Source: a virus
Reading direction: 5' to 3' (one strand)
DNA length: 64,000 nt
Virus record (IMG/VR): IMGVR_UViG_3300005613_000006
Location: 108,879-172,878 of that record
Under the pieces are notes generated by a model, which was not told the origin of the DNA, did no database searches, and saw only the letters and a list, made by a program, of their open reading frames with translations. Below, one piece after another: positions 1-9,728 of this stretch; positions within the stretch are counted from its first letter, which is position 1, and each line of letters starts with the position of its first letter. Position numbers and translations under genes: made by a program.

Positions 1-21
1 TCGTCCTCTTTCTTATCCAGA

Positions 22-420
22 CTACTCTTCTTCGTCGTCGTCCAGTCCCTCAATCTCAATCTCTGGATGCTCCGCTGCCTCTTCCAGAGAGTCGATAACT
101 TCATCCACCCTGCGCTGTTGCAGGTTGGTTTCAATGGCCTCGTCGGTCTCTGGAGCCTCCGCTATTTCTGGCTCTTGCTGTTCATCGTCGTCGTCGTCAA
201 ACACAAGGGGATTCTTGTGGAGTTCAAGCAAGTCTCTTTGGACGCCCTTCACCACACGCTTGTCTTTGAAGTACAGATTGGCATATCCATCGGCACATAT
301 CCCTACTTTGTCTACCCGATGTAGTTCTCCAAAGCCGAAAAACTGGTTGCGAACTATGCCGTCTGGACAGTCTACGTCCAGATACATATTCGCCATGAAT
401 CTTACTCTTCCATTGCTCAT
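22..420 (-). CDS. hypothetical protein with acidic C-terminal tail
   Basis: 132-aa ORF, D/E-rich C-terminus; start overlaps the stop of the upstream gene. Confidence 0.7.
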   Translation of the reverse strand: MSNGRVRFMANMYLDVDCPDGIVRNQFFGFGELHRVDKVGICADGYANLYFKDKRVVKGVQRDLLELHKNPLVFDDDDDEQQEPEIAEAPETDEAIETNLQQRRVDEVIDSLEEAAEHPEIEIEGLDDDEEE

Positions 421-710
421 TTTGGTCTCCCTTTACCGCAGCCTCCACAGCCAGCTTTTGCTGGGGGAGCGCCCGGCGGTTGCATAGTTTCTACGAGGTC
501 TTTACTTAGATTGTGAACAACCCCGCGTATATGTCCTACGTTGTCGGGGAATTCAATGTCAACGGTTGTTGCTGATGGGGTGATGGCTTTGACAGGATAG
601 CTTTGGCCGAATTCAATATGATATTGATTCTCGCGAGTGCGCATCTTGCCCTTGTCTAGGTATGTCTCAATGGTAAACAGGACAAACTGTTGAACAAACC
701 GAACATTCAT
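417..710 (-). CDS. hypothetical protein
   Basis: 97-aa ORF in a tight operon, C-terminal CGGCG motif. Confidence 0.7.
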   Translation of the reverse strand: MNVRFVQQFVLFTIETYLDKGKMRTRENQYHIEFGQSYPVKAITPSATTVDIEFPDNVGHIRGVVHNLSKDLVETMQPPGAPPAKAGCGGCGKGRPK

Positions 711-1459
711 TGTCGAACCGCCAAGTAGTTGTTGGTGTGCCTGTGTTTGGTATAGTCTGTCAACGGTGGACCAAACTTGCCTCCCTTATGCATCATACCA
801 AGTTCAAAGCCATGCTCCTCAAGCAACTGTTGAATCATTTCCCATGTGTATCCGCTGTCCTCTGAGGTATATCCGTACTCAAACTGAATCACGTCGATGT
901 TGCGTTTGAGAAGCTGAAAGGTAGCCCCCTGCATTACTGGGTATTCATATCCCTCTACATCAATCTTCAAGAAATGTATGTGGTTAATGTTGTTGTTAAT
1001 GCAGTAGGCGTCAATAGTAGTCATTGGAACTTCGACTGTTCCATTCTTGACTATTTTGGGGGCGGTCTTCTGTCGTGGATTGAGGCAGCTTGTGCCAAAG
1101 AAACGCTTCTTAGTTCCCAGGATATACAAGGTGCGCTTTCCTGGTACGTCTAAGACACCCACGTTGTTGGTGGTAACATTGACCTTTGCAGCGAACGTCT
1201 TCTCCAACTGTGGATAGGTGTGAGGAGAAGGCTCGAACGCATGTACGGTCACCGCTGGAAAATTTTGTGTGACCTTAGCCGACCATTCACCGATACAAGC
1301 CCCGACATCAAACACAGTTTGACCGGGGCGAATGTACTTCTCAATGGCCATGACTTCAAACGGGTCGTTCATCACAACTCCCTCAGTAGCCGCCGCGAGA
1401 GTCGAACTCGCACGCCTCGAAGGCACCACTTTTTGAGAGTGGCGTGTATACCATTTCAC
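707..1459 (-). CDS. FkbM-family SAM-dependent methyltransferase
   Basis: VFDVGACIG, AFEP and LKIDVEGYE motifs; true start may be internal. Confidence 0.9.
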   Translation of the reverse strand: MKWYTRHSQKVVPSRRASSTLAAATEGVVMNDPFEVMAIEKYIRPGQTVFDVGACIGEWSAKVTQNFPAVTVHAFEPSPHTYPQLEKTFAAKVNVTTNNVGVLDVPGKRTLYILGTKKRFFGTSCLNPRQKTAPKIVKNGTVEVPMTTIDAYCINNNINHIHFLKIDVEGYEYPVMQGATFQLLKRNIDVIQFEYGYTSEDSGYTWEMIQQLLEEHGFELGMMHKGGKFGPPLTDYTKHRHTNNYLAVRQ

Positions 1460-1474
1460 CAGACGGCCATGTTT

Positions 1475-1484
1475 GGTGTATAAT
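1475..1484 (+). promoter_or_regulatory. GGTGTATAAT promoter-like motif (one of 21 exact copies found)
   Basis: TATAAT -10 box with a GGTG extension, 44 nt upstream of the HNH start. Confidence 0.75.
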
Positions 1485-1527
1485 AAAGGTAGACAAGTTC
1501 ATTGAACCACACCAAGGAGTCTACCCC

Positions 1528-2040
1528 ATGTCTCGCAAACGAAATTGGACTGACCAACAACTACGCCAAGCGGTTGGTGTATCACATTCTGTTGCACAAG
1601 TTCTATCTGCTTTGGGCTTACAAGCCAACGGCGGAAACTACAAGTCGTTCTATCATCATTGTAATAGACTGGGCCTTGACTATAATCACTTTACAGGACA
1701 AGGACATTTGAAGGGCCGAACTCACCATTGGAAACCTCGCATTCCGTTACAGGAGGTTATGGTTGCCGACTCTTCATATCGCAATTTAACCAGTCTCAAA
1801 AAACGAATAGTTGAAAGCGGTTTGATAGATTACGTGTGTTCTGAATGTGGACAGGAACCGATATGGAATAACAAGCCTCTGGTGTTAATACTAGACCACA
1901 TCAATGGCATCAACAACGACCATCGACTTGAAAACCTGCGATTTCTATGTCCAAATTGTAATGCTCAACAACCAACTTTTGCTGGTCGCAACAAAGGCAA
2001 AGCATCCCCACGGGGAATCGAACCCCGGTCACTAGTCTGA
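1528..2040 (+). CDS. HNH homing endonuclease
   Basis: CSECG...LDHING..NDHRLENLRFLCPNCN; RBS AAGGAG before ATG 1528; 3' end runs antisense into tRNA-Glu. Confidence 0.9.
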   Translation: MSRKRNWTDQQLRQAVGVSHSVAQVLSALGLQANGGNYKSFYHHCNRLGLDYNHFTGQGHLKGRTHHWKPRIPLQEVMVADSSYRNLTSLKKRIVESGLIDYVCSECGQEPIWNNKPLVLILDHINGINNDHRLENLRFLCPNCNAQQPTFAGRNKGKASPRGIEPRSLV

Positions 2041-2074
2041 GAAACTAGTATCCTAGCCGCTAGAAGATGGGGAC
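2003..2074 (-). tRNA. tRNA-Glu(CTC)
   Basis: cloverleaf, anticodon loop TTCTCAG, GGTTCGATTCC T-arm. Confidence 0.9.
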
Positions 2075-2076
2075 GT

Positions 2077-2205
2077 AAAAAAAGCGGCAGTATGCTTCAA
2101 CCATGTGGGAAGCGCGCGAACTAACCAACTGCCGCTTTACGGTGCTTTTCGGTTCACTCGCCTAAACGAGCCGGAAAAGCCACTGTCAAAACTGGTTAGT
2201 CCCAG
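2077..2205 (-). ncRNA. unassigned structured RNA ending in a terminator-like hairpin
   Basis: AAAGCGGCAG/CTGCCGCTTT stem followed by a U-tract; competing GACTAACCA/TGGTTAGTT pairing. Confidence 0.4.
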
Positions 2206-2207
2206 AG

Positions 2208-2277
2208 TAGCGATGGAGGAAATCGAATCCTCTTGGTGTCCGTATGAAAGACACTGAGTTACCAAACACACATCGCT
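2208..2277 (-). tRNA. tRNA-Met or Ile2 (CAT)
   Basis: anticodon loop TTCATAC, short D-arm. Confidence 0.75.
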
Positions 2278-2281
2278 ATGG

Positions 2282-2353
2282 TCGCGCGACAGGTTTCGAC
2301 GCTGTATCGCCGGTCTAATCAGGACCAGAGTGTTGCCATTACACCACGCGCGC
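2282..2353 (-). tRNA. tRNA-Ile(GAT)
   Basis: anticodon loop CTGATTA, variant T-loop. Confidence 0.75.
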
Positions 2354-2510
2354 TTTTACAACACCGTCTTTAATCAGACGTTGCATATGAACGCTATTGC
2401 CTTTTGGGTAATCACAAGCAATACAACGATACCTCATGCCTCCACGTAGGGCTGGATGAAAATATCGGCATTGTGGTGGATGGCCACAAGGTAATAGTTT
2501 ATCGTTCATA

Positions 2511-2535
2511 GAGTCCTCCATACGGAATCGAACTG
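2511..2535 (-). pseudogene. tRNA 3'-half remnant
   Basis: only a T-arm (GTTCGATTC) and the 3' acceptor strand; lies beside the HNH promoter at 2549. Confidence 0.5.
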
Positions 2536-2579
2536 TTTATACCTTTTTGGTGTATAATAAAATACGGCTCGATTCAAAG

Positions 2580-2647
2580 AGCCTCACCGGGGAATCGAAC
2601 CCCGTTATCTCGGGTACAAACCGAAACTTAGACCCATCTAGCAAGGC
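2580..2647 (-). tRNA. tRNA-Thr(TGT)
   Basis: anticodon loop TTTGTAC, canonical T-arm, minimal D-arm. Confidence 0.8.
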
Positions 2648-2653
2648 AAAGTT

Positions 2654-3151
2654 ATGTATCAATGTTTACACTGCGGCAAAGACACCAACAATCCTAAGTT
2701 TTGTTCAAGGTCATGTTCTGTTTCTTACAATAACAAAACCACAAAGCGAAAACATTCCCAACAACAATGTCCTAATTGTTCAAAATCAATTGAAAGCAGG
2801 GCCACCTATTGTTCTATGCAATGTTGTCACGAACATAAGCGCAAATTGCGTTTTCGAGAGATAGAAAAAGTTCAAGCAGTTAATGTGCGAGACCCAAGAC
2901 GTTGGGCCAAACTTTATCTATTCCACATTTATGGAGACAGATGCCAAATTTGCGGCATTGAAACTTGGCAAAGCAAACCAATCATTAAAATCTTAGACCA
3001 TATTGATGGCAATGCTGACAACTGGAAGCTGTCTAATCTTCGTTTGGTCTGCTCAAACTGTGACTCGCAACTGCCAACTTATAAGTCCAAAAATAGAGGC
3101 AACGGAAGACATCTCAGGCGTCAACGCTATGCCGAAGGCCAAAGTTACTAA
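2654..3151 (+). CDS. HNH homing endonuclease
   Basis: Zn-ribbon repeats (FCSRSC), LDHIDGN..NW..SNLRLVCSNC; GGTGTATAAT at 2549. Confidence 0.9.
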   Translation: MYQCLHCGKDTNNPKFCSRSCSVSYNNKTTKRKHSQQQCPNCSKSIESRATYCSMQCCHEHKRKLRFREIEKVQAVNVRDPRRWAKLYLFHIYGDRCQICGIETWQSKPIIKILDHIDGNADNWKLSNLRLVCSNCDSQLPTYKSKNRGNGRHLRRQRYAEGQSY

Positions 3152-3247
3152 AGCAAAACAAATACGGGATGCAAAATCTCCGAGAACGCATTCGCGGAGG
3201 GCCGCGTCCGTACCTCTATTATACACCGAAAATCGGTCTCGTCAACC

Positions 3248-3916
3248 TCACCAGTCACATTTTAACGTGAAAAGATAATTCAACAGGTGAGACTTGGCGA
3301 GGTCGCCGGGCTCCATCCGGTTGTCAGAACGGTTCGGCATGAGGTCGTAGCCGCAGCCCAGGTTAAACGAAGCTGCCACGGCGGTCGAACACACCGGGTA
3401 CACGTCGTTTATTTCCTTGGGCCTGTCGTCAATCGCCTCGTCGGTCACATACCACAGTCGAGCCCCCAAAAGGTGGTGCTTTGCTAACCACCACAAGCGG
3501 GACCAACCGTAGGGAAGGCCAGTCATTTTTCTCATGCAGTTGGTGACAGCCTTGGGGTTCAAGTGCATCGGCAGTTTGACTACCGAGTATGAATCCTCCA
3601 GGTGTACCAGCTTCAACACGTTGGTAGACGGCAAAGGACGATAAATGTCAATCTGTTCATCGTACTTCTCAACCTGTCTACTAAGGTTGCTGATGCGGCC
3701 TCCGCAACTTCCCTCACGAAATTCAATACACTCCAAAATGGGGGGTTCGTCGCTGCCGTTGTGCCACGATGCCATAGCGGCATGGCTGTAACGGCTTCCA
3801 CTGAATCGTTGGATGAGGCCCGAAATTATTCCCGTTCCTCGAAAAATCATCACGTCGGCTTCTTGAATTAAGTCGCGACCGATTGTCTTGTATGGAAGCA
3901 TAACAGGTTCTATCAT
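3248..3916 (-). CDS. permuted papain-like NlpC/P60 (YiiX/YebB-like) hydrolase
   Basis: SRYSHAAM, LPYGW and VCSTAVA in the permuted His-then-Cys order. Confidence 0.75.
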   Translation of the reverse strand: MIEPVMLPYKTIGRDLIQEADVMIFRGTGIISGLIQRFSGSRYSHAAMASWHNGSDEPPILECIEFREGSCGGRISNLSRQVEKYDEQIDIYRPLPSTNVLKLVHLEDSYSVVKLPMHLNPKAVTNCMRKMTGLPYGWSRLWWLAKHHLLGARLWYVTDEAIDDRPKEINDVYPVCSTAVAASFNLGCGYDLMPNRSDNRMEPGDLAKSHLLNYLFTLKCDW

Positions 3917-3918
3917 AG

Positions 3919-4269
3919 CTAAGCCTCCCCATGATGTCTGCGGTCAATTCTATCCATAGTGTTACCCATGCGCTCCATCGTTTCAGCCAACTTTTCTTGA
4001 GTGTGCGAAATTGATTGCACAGCCTCCAAGATTTCTTTCTGGGTTGATACCCATGAACGTGGCACATACCAAATGGGTGTACCGTCAGCGTCGTATTTGT
4101 TGTGCATTTCGTGCATCTTTACACACAATAGTTCTATGTTCTGGAGCTTAACCTTTTCGGCCATAGTTTCAGGATTGGCTTTCTTCAAGATGAACTCTAT
4201 GAGCCACTTGATAATTTCTACCAATCCCAACACGACAGCCACTACGGCCCCGATTTCAAAAATGCCCAT
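3919..4269 (-). CDS. membrane protein with one N-terminal TM helix and a coiled coil
   Basis: hydrophobic N-terminus; RBS before ATG 4269. Confidence 0.65.
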   Translation of the reverse strand: MGIFEIGAVVAVVLGLVEIIKWLIEFILKKANPETMAEKVKLQNIELLCVKMHEMHNKYDADGTPIWYVPRSWVSTQKEILEAVQSISHTQEKLAETMERMGNTMDRIDRRHHGEA

Positions 4270-4285
4270 AGTTTCCCTCTTAGTG

Positions 4286-4327
4286 AAAAAGGGGTCGGCC
4301 ACCGGCTAAACCGATAACGCGACCCCA
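4286..4327 (-). terminator. intrinsic terminator
   Basis: GGGGTCG/CGACCCC stem followed by TTTTT on the minus strand. Confidence 0.6.
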
Positions 4328-4353
4328 GATTGTACAATTCGTACCGCGAACGC

Positions 4354-4905
4354 TTAGCCAGTCTTCGCTTCGTACTCAAGAGATTCAGGCAACTTACCTG
4401 TCCAGAGTTCTACGAGTTGACCAGGAACCGCTCTTGTTGGAATGACTGGACCAGCCGCGTTGTCGTCACCAAATTGGTCTTCCGTTTCCTTTGGTACGTC
4501 ATAGGTTGGTACGCCAGTGGCATAGTCCCACGAAAGGATATGCACAGTCCAACGGCTGTTAAGGAAGTGGATGCTTTGACGTTGGCCAAAGTCGCTGCCG
4601 CCGCTCTTGAGAACGCGCGTTGCAACTCCACCCGCGAGGGTCTCAGCCACTCTACGAATCATCCATTCTTCTGGATTCATACGTGCCCAGATGCCAGCAG
4701 TGATAACCTTCTGGTTGCCGAGTACAGCACTCTCAACTGGACGGGGTTGCTCTCTGCGGCCAGCGCCTAGAATCTGAGCGCCGGGGGCGTTGGTAACGGC
4801 ATTGGCTGGTTGCCCAATAGATGGGGTAGTGTTTACGTTGCCGCCACCCAAAACGGTTCCACCATTGTTTCGTGGACCACCGCTTGTAACTGGTTGTGTA
4901 GACAT
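4354..4905 (-). CDS. hypothetical protein (possible virion protein)
   Basis: 183-aa G/T/N-rich ORF with its own promoter motif (4983) and terminator. Confidence 0.7.
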   Translation of the reverse strand: MSTQPVTSGGPRNNGGTVLGGGNVNTTPSIGQPANAVTNAPGAQILGAGRREQPRPVESAVLGNQKVITAGIWARMNPEEWMIRRVAETLAGGVATRVLKSGGSDFGQRQSIHFLNSRWTVHILSWDYATGVPTYDVPKETEDQFGDDNAAGPVIPTRAVPGQLVELWTGKLPESLEYEAKTG

Positions 4906-4983
4906 TGCTTTTTCTTTCTTAATGGCTACAAAACGAGTTCCTTTATTGTTCCTACCACTTTTATCCTAAGTCCTTCTACAGTA

Positions 4984-5499
4984 TTATACACCAACATCCA
5001 CTTCTCGTAGCTCTTTCAGGGCTTTATTTATGATATATTGGATGCCCGGTGCGGTATAGCCGTACATGTCAGCTATTTCCTGCAAAGTGTGGTTGGATAT
5101 GTAGCGGTCTCGCAGTATTTGGCGAGGCATTTCATCCAGGTATTCCAGCAGTTCTTCCACCAATATGGCATTCTGAACCGCAGAATCGTCAGCGGGTATG
5201 TCGCCACGTAAAGGCCCTGCTTGAATACGGTCGCCGTACTTAGCTCGCGCGGCGTTGTTGCATTCCCATTTGACAAATTTGAACAGAGAGGTAGTGAATT
5301 TTCGTTTGAAGCTGGGATTATGTGATTGAAGGGCTCGCCATAAGGCGTCTAGCCCGCATTGCTTGAGTTCATCGGAGGATAGGCTTGCCATATAATTGGT
5401 ACATGCCGCGTGAATAATCTTCTGGTTATCTATGTTGTCTAGCGCTTCTTGAAACTCCTCATCTGTTATATGTCTCTTTCTACTCTTCCTCTTCTTCAT
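4984..5499 (-). CDS. sigma70-family sigma factor
   Basis: region 2-like DELKQCGLDALWRA...F.T.L; region 4 HTH TLQEIAD.YG.T..GI..IINKAL. Confidence 0.8.
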   Translation of the reverse strand: MKKRKSRKRHITDEEFQEALDNIDNQKIIHAACTNYMASLSSDELKQCGLDALWRALQSHNPSFKRKFTTSLFKFVKWECNNAARAKYGDRIQAGPLRGDIPADDSAVQNAILVEELLEYLDEMPRQILRDRYISNHTLQEIADMYGYTAPGIQYIINKALKELREVDVGV

Positions 5500-6181
5500 A
5501 GTCTACCTTTAACATCTTGATAGTCTCGAACCCCTCATCGCCAAGCACGGCGTCCATGAGGCCCCATTCGACCGCCTCCCGCGCGGTCAAGTACACGTCG
5601 TCTTTGTATGCAATCTGCTTCTCAATCTCAGCCCGTATTTTCTCCTCAGTCCAGTTTTGAAACTTCTTGCCAGCCTTACACTTCTCCACGTATATGTCTA
5701 TCATACGTGGATTCGCTACGTTCTTGTAGAAGTCCACCCCACTGAACACAGTCTTGACATTACCACTATCTCCATACTCACCATCGTGCATCATAAAATA
5801 GGAAGTGGGCATAATAACCCGGTACTTCGCCGCTTGGGGAATGATGCTCGACATAGAGCGGGCGTGGGCGTAAGACAAGGTGGACACGTTGGCCAGCTTC
5901 GGGTCGGCATTGCTATGCTCGATGGCGTCGTAGATGCCCATTGCATAGTCCCAAGAGCCACCACAAGTGATAAGGTGGACTAGGATGGGTTCTTTGCTGA
6001 TGCTGTTGAGTATTTGTAGGTTGATAAGAAACTGTCGCGTGGTGTCCCAGTCAATCATCAGCGTTTCTTCGCTAGGCGAAATGAAGATTTCTCTCGTATC
6101 CAATATGAAGCCAAAGTTGTGGGCATCATAAATCATTTCAGAGCGTTGACTTATTGTGCGACGTTTTACAGTAGCGGGCAT
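5480..6181 (-). CDS. clpP: ClpP-family serine protease
   Basis: ITCGG, ARSMSSII (catalytic Ser), MMHD (His), DVYLTAREAVEWGLMD. Confidence 0.85.
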   Translation of the reverse strand: MPATVKRRTISQRSEMIYDAHNFGFILDTREIFISPSEETLMIDWDTTRQFLINLQILNSISKEPILVHLITCGGSWDYAMGIYDAIEHSNADPKLANVSTLSYAHARSMSSIIPQAAKYRVIMPTSYFMMHDGEYGDSGNVKTVFSGVDFYKNVANPRMIDIYVEKCKAGKKFQNWTEEKIRAEIEKQIAYKDDVYLTAREAVEWGLMDAVLGDEGFETIKMLKVDYEEEEE

Positions 6182-6744
6182 TATTCATTACCTCTTGGTA
6201 TCGAATGTTGTTTTAACCTCTCTATCCATTGTAAAAAATCTTTATATGATTGTTTTCTTTTGGCAAAATTACATTGATGACAACACGGAACACAATTATC
6301 AATTTGATAGCCCAACGCATTATCTTTTCTATCAATGCCATTAACAATGATATTTCCATTCAATTTACCATTATTAGAACCTTTGGGAAAAATTGTTTGG
6401 GGTTGAATACCACAATAATGACAACAAGATTGAGTCAGACGCTTAAATTCTGACAGAGATAACTGAAATGATAAATGTCTATTTTGTGCCCCTCGTTGAT
6501 AAGCATTGTAATACGCATTATATGCTGCAACTCCAACATCTTTGAGATTAGCTTCTCTCGCTCTATCTCTTTGTAAACAACCACAGCTTTGAGTATTGTT
6601 TCGTGTTAAAGAAGTGCCACGTACAATAACTTTATTTCCACAGTCGCATCGACATTTCCACATTGCATTTCTTTTTTGAACACCTATATATTCAATCACA
6701 ATTAAGCGACCAAAAGTTTGTCCAAGTAAATTTTTTACAGACAT
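6181..6744 (-). CDS. HNH homing endonuclease
   Basis: GQTFGRL.V, W.C.CDCG, NGIDR.DN..GY..DNCVPCC..CN; AT-rich; promoter motif at 6786. Confidence 0.9.
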   Translation of the reverse strand: MSVKNLLGQTFGRLIVIEYIGVQKRNAMWKCRCDCGNKVIVRGTSLTRNNTQSCGCLQRDRAREANLKDVGVAAYNAYYNAYQRGAQNRHLSFQLSLSEFKRLTQSCCHYCGIQPQTIFPKGSNNGKLNGNIIVNGIDRKDNALGYQIDNCVPCCHQCNFAKRKQSYKDFLQWIERLKQHSIPRGNE

Positions 6745-6817
6745 ATTACAACCTCTTGTTTGAATTAGATTGCATCATATATTATATTATACACCAAAAG
6801 AAGATTTATGATGCACC

Positions 6818-7429
6818 TTATTCAGAACTCAATACCTGACCTCCTACAAGCTGTTGTGCAGCCTCAAATACGCGAAGCTGTTCCATGAATTGGGGGTAGT
6901 CTGACTGCTTTTTGGCTGTAACGATACTGATATTGCCATTCGGCAGCACATAAATTCCCCAGTAGTCGGCAGTACGAGATAAGTCCTTACATGCTTCCAA
7001 GGCCCTGGACACTACGTCAGCATCAAAGACGATGAGTTTGTTGACGTAGTGCTTTTGGTCGGAGTCAATAAGGATTTCTTCTATGTGCTTGCGCACTGTC
7101 GCAACATCAAAAAGTCCTGAGCGTGGAAATCCTATTCTCATACGATACCGGGTAAACACTTCAAGTGTTTCTACCCCAGGCACCGTATCTATAAGCCGCT
7201 CTGTCTCTTCCGTTATGTCAAAGTTGGTATGTAGTACCCAAAAGTCGAAGCGATTGGATGCCTTGTTGTGTTCGTTTAGCATTAGGAAACCGAAGGGCGT
7301 GTGAACCATAGGCCCCCCAGTTTTGATGTAATCGTCGTCGTTATCGTGGAAGGGTAGCTTGTCGTATTGATTTATCTCTTCGGGGCTTATTGGGTCGTGC
7401 CACGGCTCCCATACAAATTGCTTTCTCAT
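6818..7429 (-). CDS. hypothetical protein
   Basis: 203-aa ORF in an overlapping operon. Confidence 0.75.
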   Translation of the reverse strand: MRKQFVWEPWHDPISPEEINQYDKLPFHDNDDDYIKTGGPMVHTPFGFLMLNEHNKASNRFDFWVLHTNFDITEETERLIDTVPGVETLEVFTRYRMRIGFPRSGLFDVATVRKHIEEILIDSDQKHYVNKLIVFDADVVSRALEACKDLSRTADYWGIYVLPNGNISIVTAKKQSDYPQFMEQLRVFEAAQQLVGGQVLSSE

Positions 7430-7803
7430 TGGTCAAAAACCTCACTAGGTTTGATGTATGAGGTACGGGCTTCTTTCATTTGTTGTCTAGTGTGAGCGCA
7501 ATGTGTCAGCACATGCTGTGTTAACGCTCTGCGGTCATGTTCCATGCCAAATCGACGCACGGCGTCGGTGACGTGTAAATCTAAGGCACCGGCAGAAACA
7601 GCCGCCAACAACCCACCCATTACATCAGTGACAACGTGTGGAGATTCATTGACGGGCCAATCCACTTCTACATGAACATCATTTCTCTCATCCACACTGA
7701 AAGTAACACTGTATGGATAGCTTGAGCTAGAATGCAAGTGTTTCTCTAAACACCCTGAAATGCTCTTTTCTAATTCGCTTTTGAGCGAGTCGAAGTTCTT
7801 CAT
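7426..7803 (-). CDS. hypothetical protein
   Basis: 125-aa ORF in the operon. Confidence 0.65.
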   Translation of the reverse strand: MKNFDSLKSELEKSISGCLEKHLHSSSSYPYSVTFSVDERNDVHVEVDWPVNESPHVVTDVMGGLLAAVSAGALDLHVTDAVRRFGMEHDRRALTQHVLTHCAHTRQQMKEARTSYIKPSEVFDQ

Positions 7804-8122
7804 AGCTAAACCATTGAATGCCTTTTCTCAGTCTCACAGTTTGTGGTATGGTGGCCTTGAAGACCAGCACGATTTCACGCCCTTCCGGCAGGGACATATC
7901 ATAAAATCGCACCGGCCCAATAGTTATCCAGTTAAGGTCAGCCATGATATACCGACCGGCCAACTCGACGCAGGCCCCATACGCGGTTGTCTCGTTATCT
8001 ATGTATCGTTCTGGAAGGCCCAATATATTCTCTTCCTCGATGAATGCAAACCGCATTTTTTCCTGGTCGAGGGGGTCCACCGACATAATCATCAGATTAA
8101 CGGCTACTTGAAATGTTTCCAT
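7727..8122 (-). CDS. hypothetical protein (possible degenerate Nudix fold)
   Basis: 131-aa ORF; LP...I...ET...A..L and W+S.EEL patterns. Confidence 0.6.
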   Translation of the reverse strand: METFQVAVNLMIMSVDPLDQEKMRFAFIEEENILGLPERYIDNETTAYGACVELAGRYIMADLNWITIGPVRFYDMSLPEGREIVLVFKATIPQTVRLRKGIQWFSYEELRLAQKRIRKEHFRVFRETLAF

Positions 8123-8601
8123 ACCAATTCCCTAAGTTTCTTGGGGGATATGTCATCAATACGCACGAATGCTCTTGGTAGTATTACGTCACGTTGGAAT
8201 AGTAGGATAGTGGCATTGCCGTCGCCGCCCTTCTCTATCGTGCGAAGAGGAGGGGTCTCATCTACAAACCTGCGGAGTTCTTCCACAGGTGTGAGCCAGA
8301 CCGAATCCTGTAGTACATGACACCAAAAATCAGCCCGAGTGATGCTAAGACCACTTGGCCGATTGCTTTTGGGGTTCCATGTTTCTATTGCAATGTTACC
8401 CGAACGGGTTGCGTACAAGTCATATTTGACTTCCGTAGTGAATACCAGTGGCGCGGTGACGGTTTCAATATCATAGTATCGTCGCACGTCTTTGTCTTTG
8501 GGGTCAACCTTGTCGCAACCCCAACCACACGCTTTGTACAATTCAACTACTCTATCTTCCCCATTATCTCCGTTCGCTCTGTCACGTACAAATTTGCTCA
8601 T
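8104..8601 (-). CDS. putative PD-(D/E)XK-like nuclease
   Basis: YDI...EVKYD...TRSGNIAIE...PSGL..TRADFW. Confidence 0.6.
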   Translation of the reverse strand: MSKFVRDRANGDNGEDRVVELYKACGWGCDKVDPKDKDVRRYYDIETVTAPLVFTTEVKYDLYATRSGNIAIETWNPKSNRPSGLSITRADFWCHVLQDSVWLTPVEELRRFVDETPPLRTIEKGGDGNATILLFQRDVILPRAFVRIDDISPKKLRELVWKHFK

Positions 8602-9205
8602 TGACTGCAACCCGTATTTTTTCGAGTCCATTTTTGATGCAATGATGCACAGCTTGACGGCTGATACCCAGTTGGGCAGCAATGTCCGTTTGAGACACGC
8701 CTTCAAGGTAATGCCACTCCAAACACTGGCGCTGATGGTCTGTCAATGTGCTGACATCCAAGCACTCACGGGCTTGTTCCATCACTTCACGCATACGCTC
8801 TTGTTCTTTGTGTCGAGCGTCTTCCGTGACTTCGTACAACTGCATTCGTCCGTCACCACGGTTTTGTAGGTTCAATGATATTGGTGGGTCTTTCGACTGC
8901 TGCTTGTTCCACGTAGCTATCCAACGGTGAATAGCCCATGAAGCACACTGCTTCAAGTATCCACGATGGTTGCCTCGCCCGTCCCAACGAGTCGTGCCCT
9001 CCATGAGACAGTGCATAACGTGAGCGATAGCGTCTTCGTCACGCAGCATGATGCGAGCAACAGGACCAGCGACCAACGTACCAATACATTGCTTAGCAAT
9101 GCTTTCGTACTCTTCCAAACTCAGCATCTTTGCTTCAAGTTCGGGGCTAGTCTCCAAGTAGTTGTTTTCCCTCTTGTGAACATGAATGTCGTAGAGGTTA
9201 ACCAT
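8582..9205 (-). CDS. sigma70-family sigma factor
   Basis: region 4 LTDHQRQCL...Y.EG.SQ.DIA..LGISRQAV. Confidence 0.8.
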   Translation of the reverse strand: MVNLYDIHVHKRENNYLETSPELEAKMLSLEEYESIAKQCIGTLVAGPVARIMLRDEDAIAHVMHCLMEGTTRWDGRGNHRGYLKQCASWAIHRWIATWNKQQSKDPPISLNLQNRGDGRMQLYEVTEDARHKEQERMREVMEQARECLDVSTLTDHQRQCLEWHYLEGVSQTDIAAQLGISRQAVHHCIKNGLEKIRVAVNEQICT

Positions 9206-9311
9206 AGCAATCTCCCAATCAATGTGTCTCCAAAAATAACAAACCACTGATTCGTCCAGGCTGGCTCAGTGGGAAGCCTTTATGGGAGCTATCGCCGCTG
9301 GCGTAGCTCAG

Positions 9312-9383
9312 TAGCCCATCAGGGTTCCGCCCCCCGTCTAACGGTTCCGAAGACCGTTGTGCTGTCTATCACACTCATGGGCC
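9312..9383 (-). tRNA. tRNA-Arg(TCG), non-canonical T-loop
   Basis: anticodon loop CTTCGGA; paralogous to 9584-9655. Confidence 0.75.
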
Positions 9384-9583
9384 TTAATGCAACAGGTCAA
9401 TCTTACCCTTGCCTAACACTTGTTTCAGGCTGGCAGTTTTACCTGGACGATAGAGCGCAGCCGGTTTGTTGTTGTCCAAATGTTCTCCTAAGCGTGGGGT
9501 GGGAACGGCAGTCTCGCACTGCTATCTGTGGCGTTTTCGTTTTCTCGAACCGCTCTCGCTACGCGGAACCTCACCCACCCAAG

Positions 9584-9655
9584 CAGGCCATCGAGGTTAC
9601 GCTCCCCGTCTAAACGCTTAGAAGGCGCTTGTGCTGTCTATCACACTCATGGCCC
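9584..9655 (-). tRNA. tRNA-Arg(TCT), non-canonical T-loop
   Basis: anticodon loop CTTCTAA. Confidence 0.75.
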
Positions 9656-9728
9656 GAATTACTCGAACCTGGGAAAAATGGTGTATAATATACTGAGGTT
9701 CCATTCTTTCAACAGTAGGAGATTACCG

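Noticed and set aside
9584-9655. Amber suppressor tRNA (CTA) or alternative genetic code
   Set aside because: The 7-nt loop CTTCTAA places TCT at positions 34-36, and long genes end normally at TAG/TGA.
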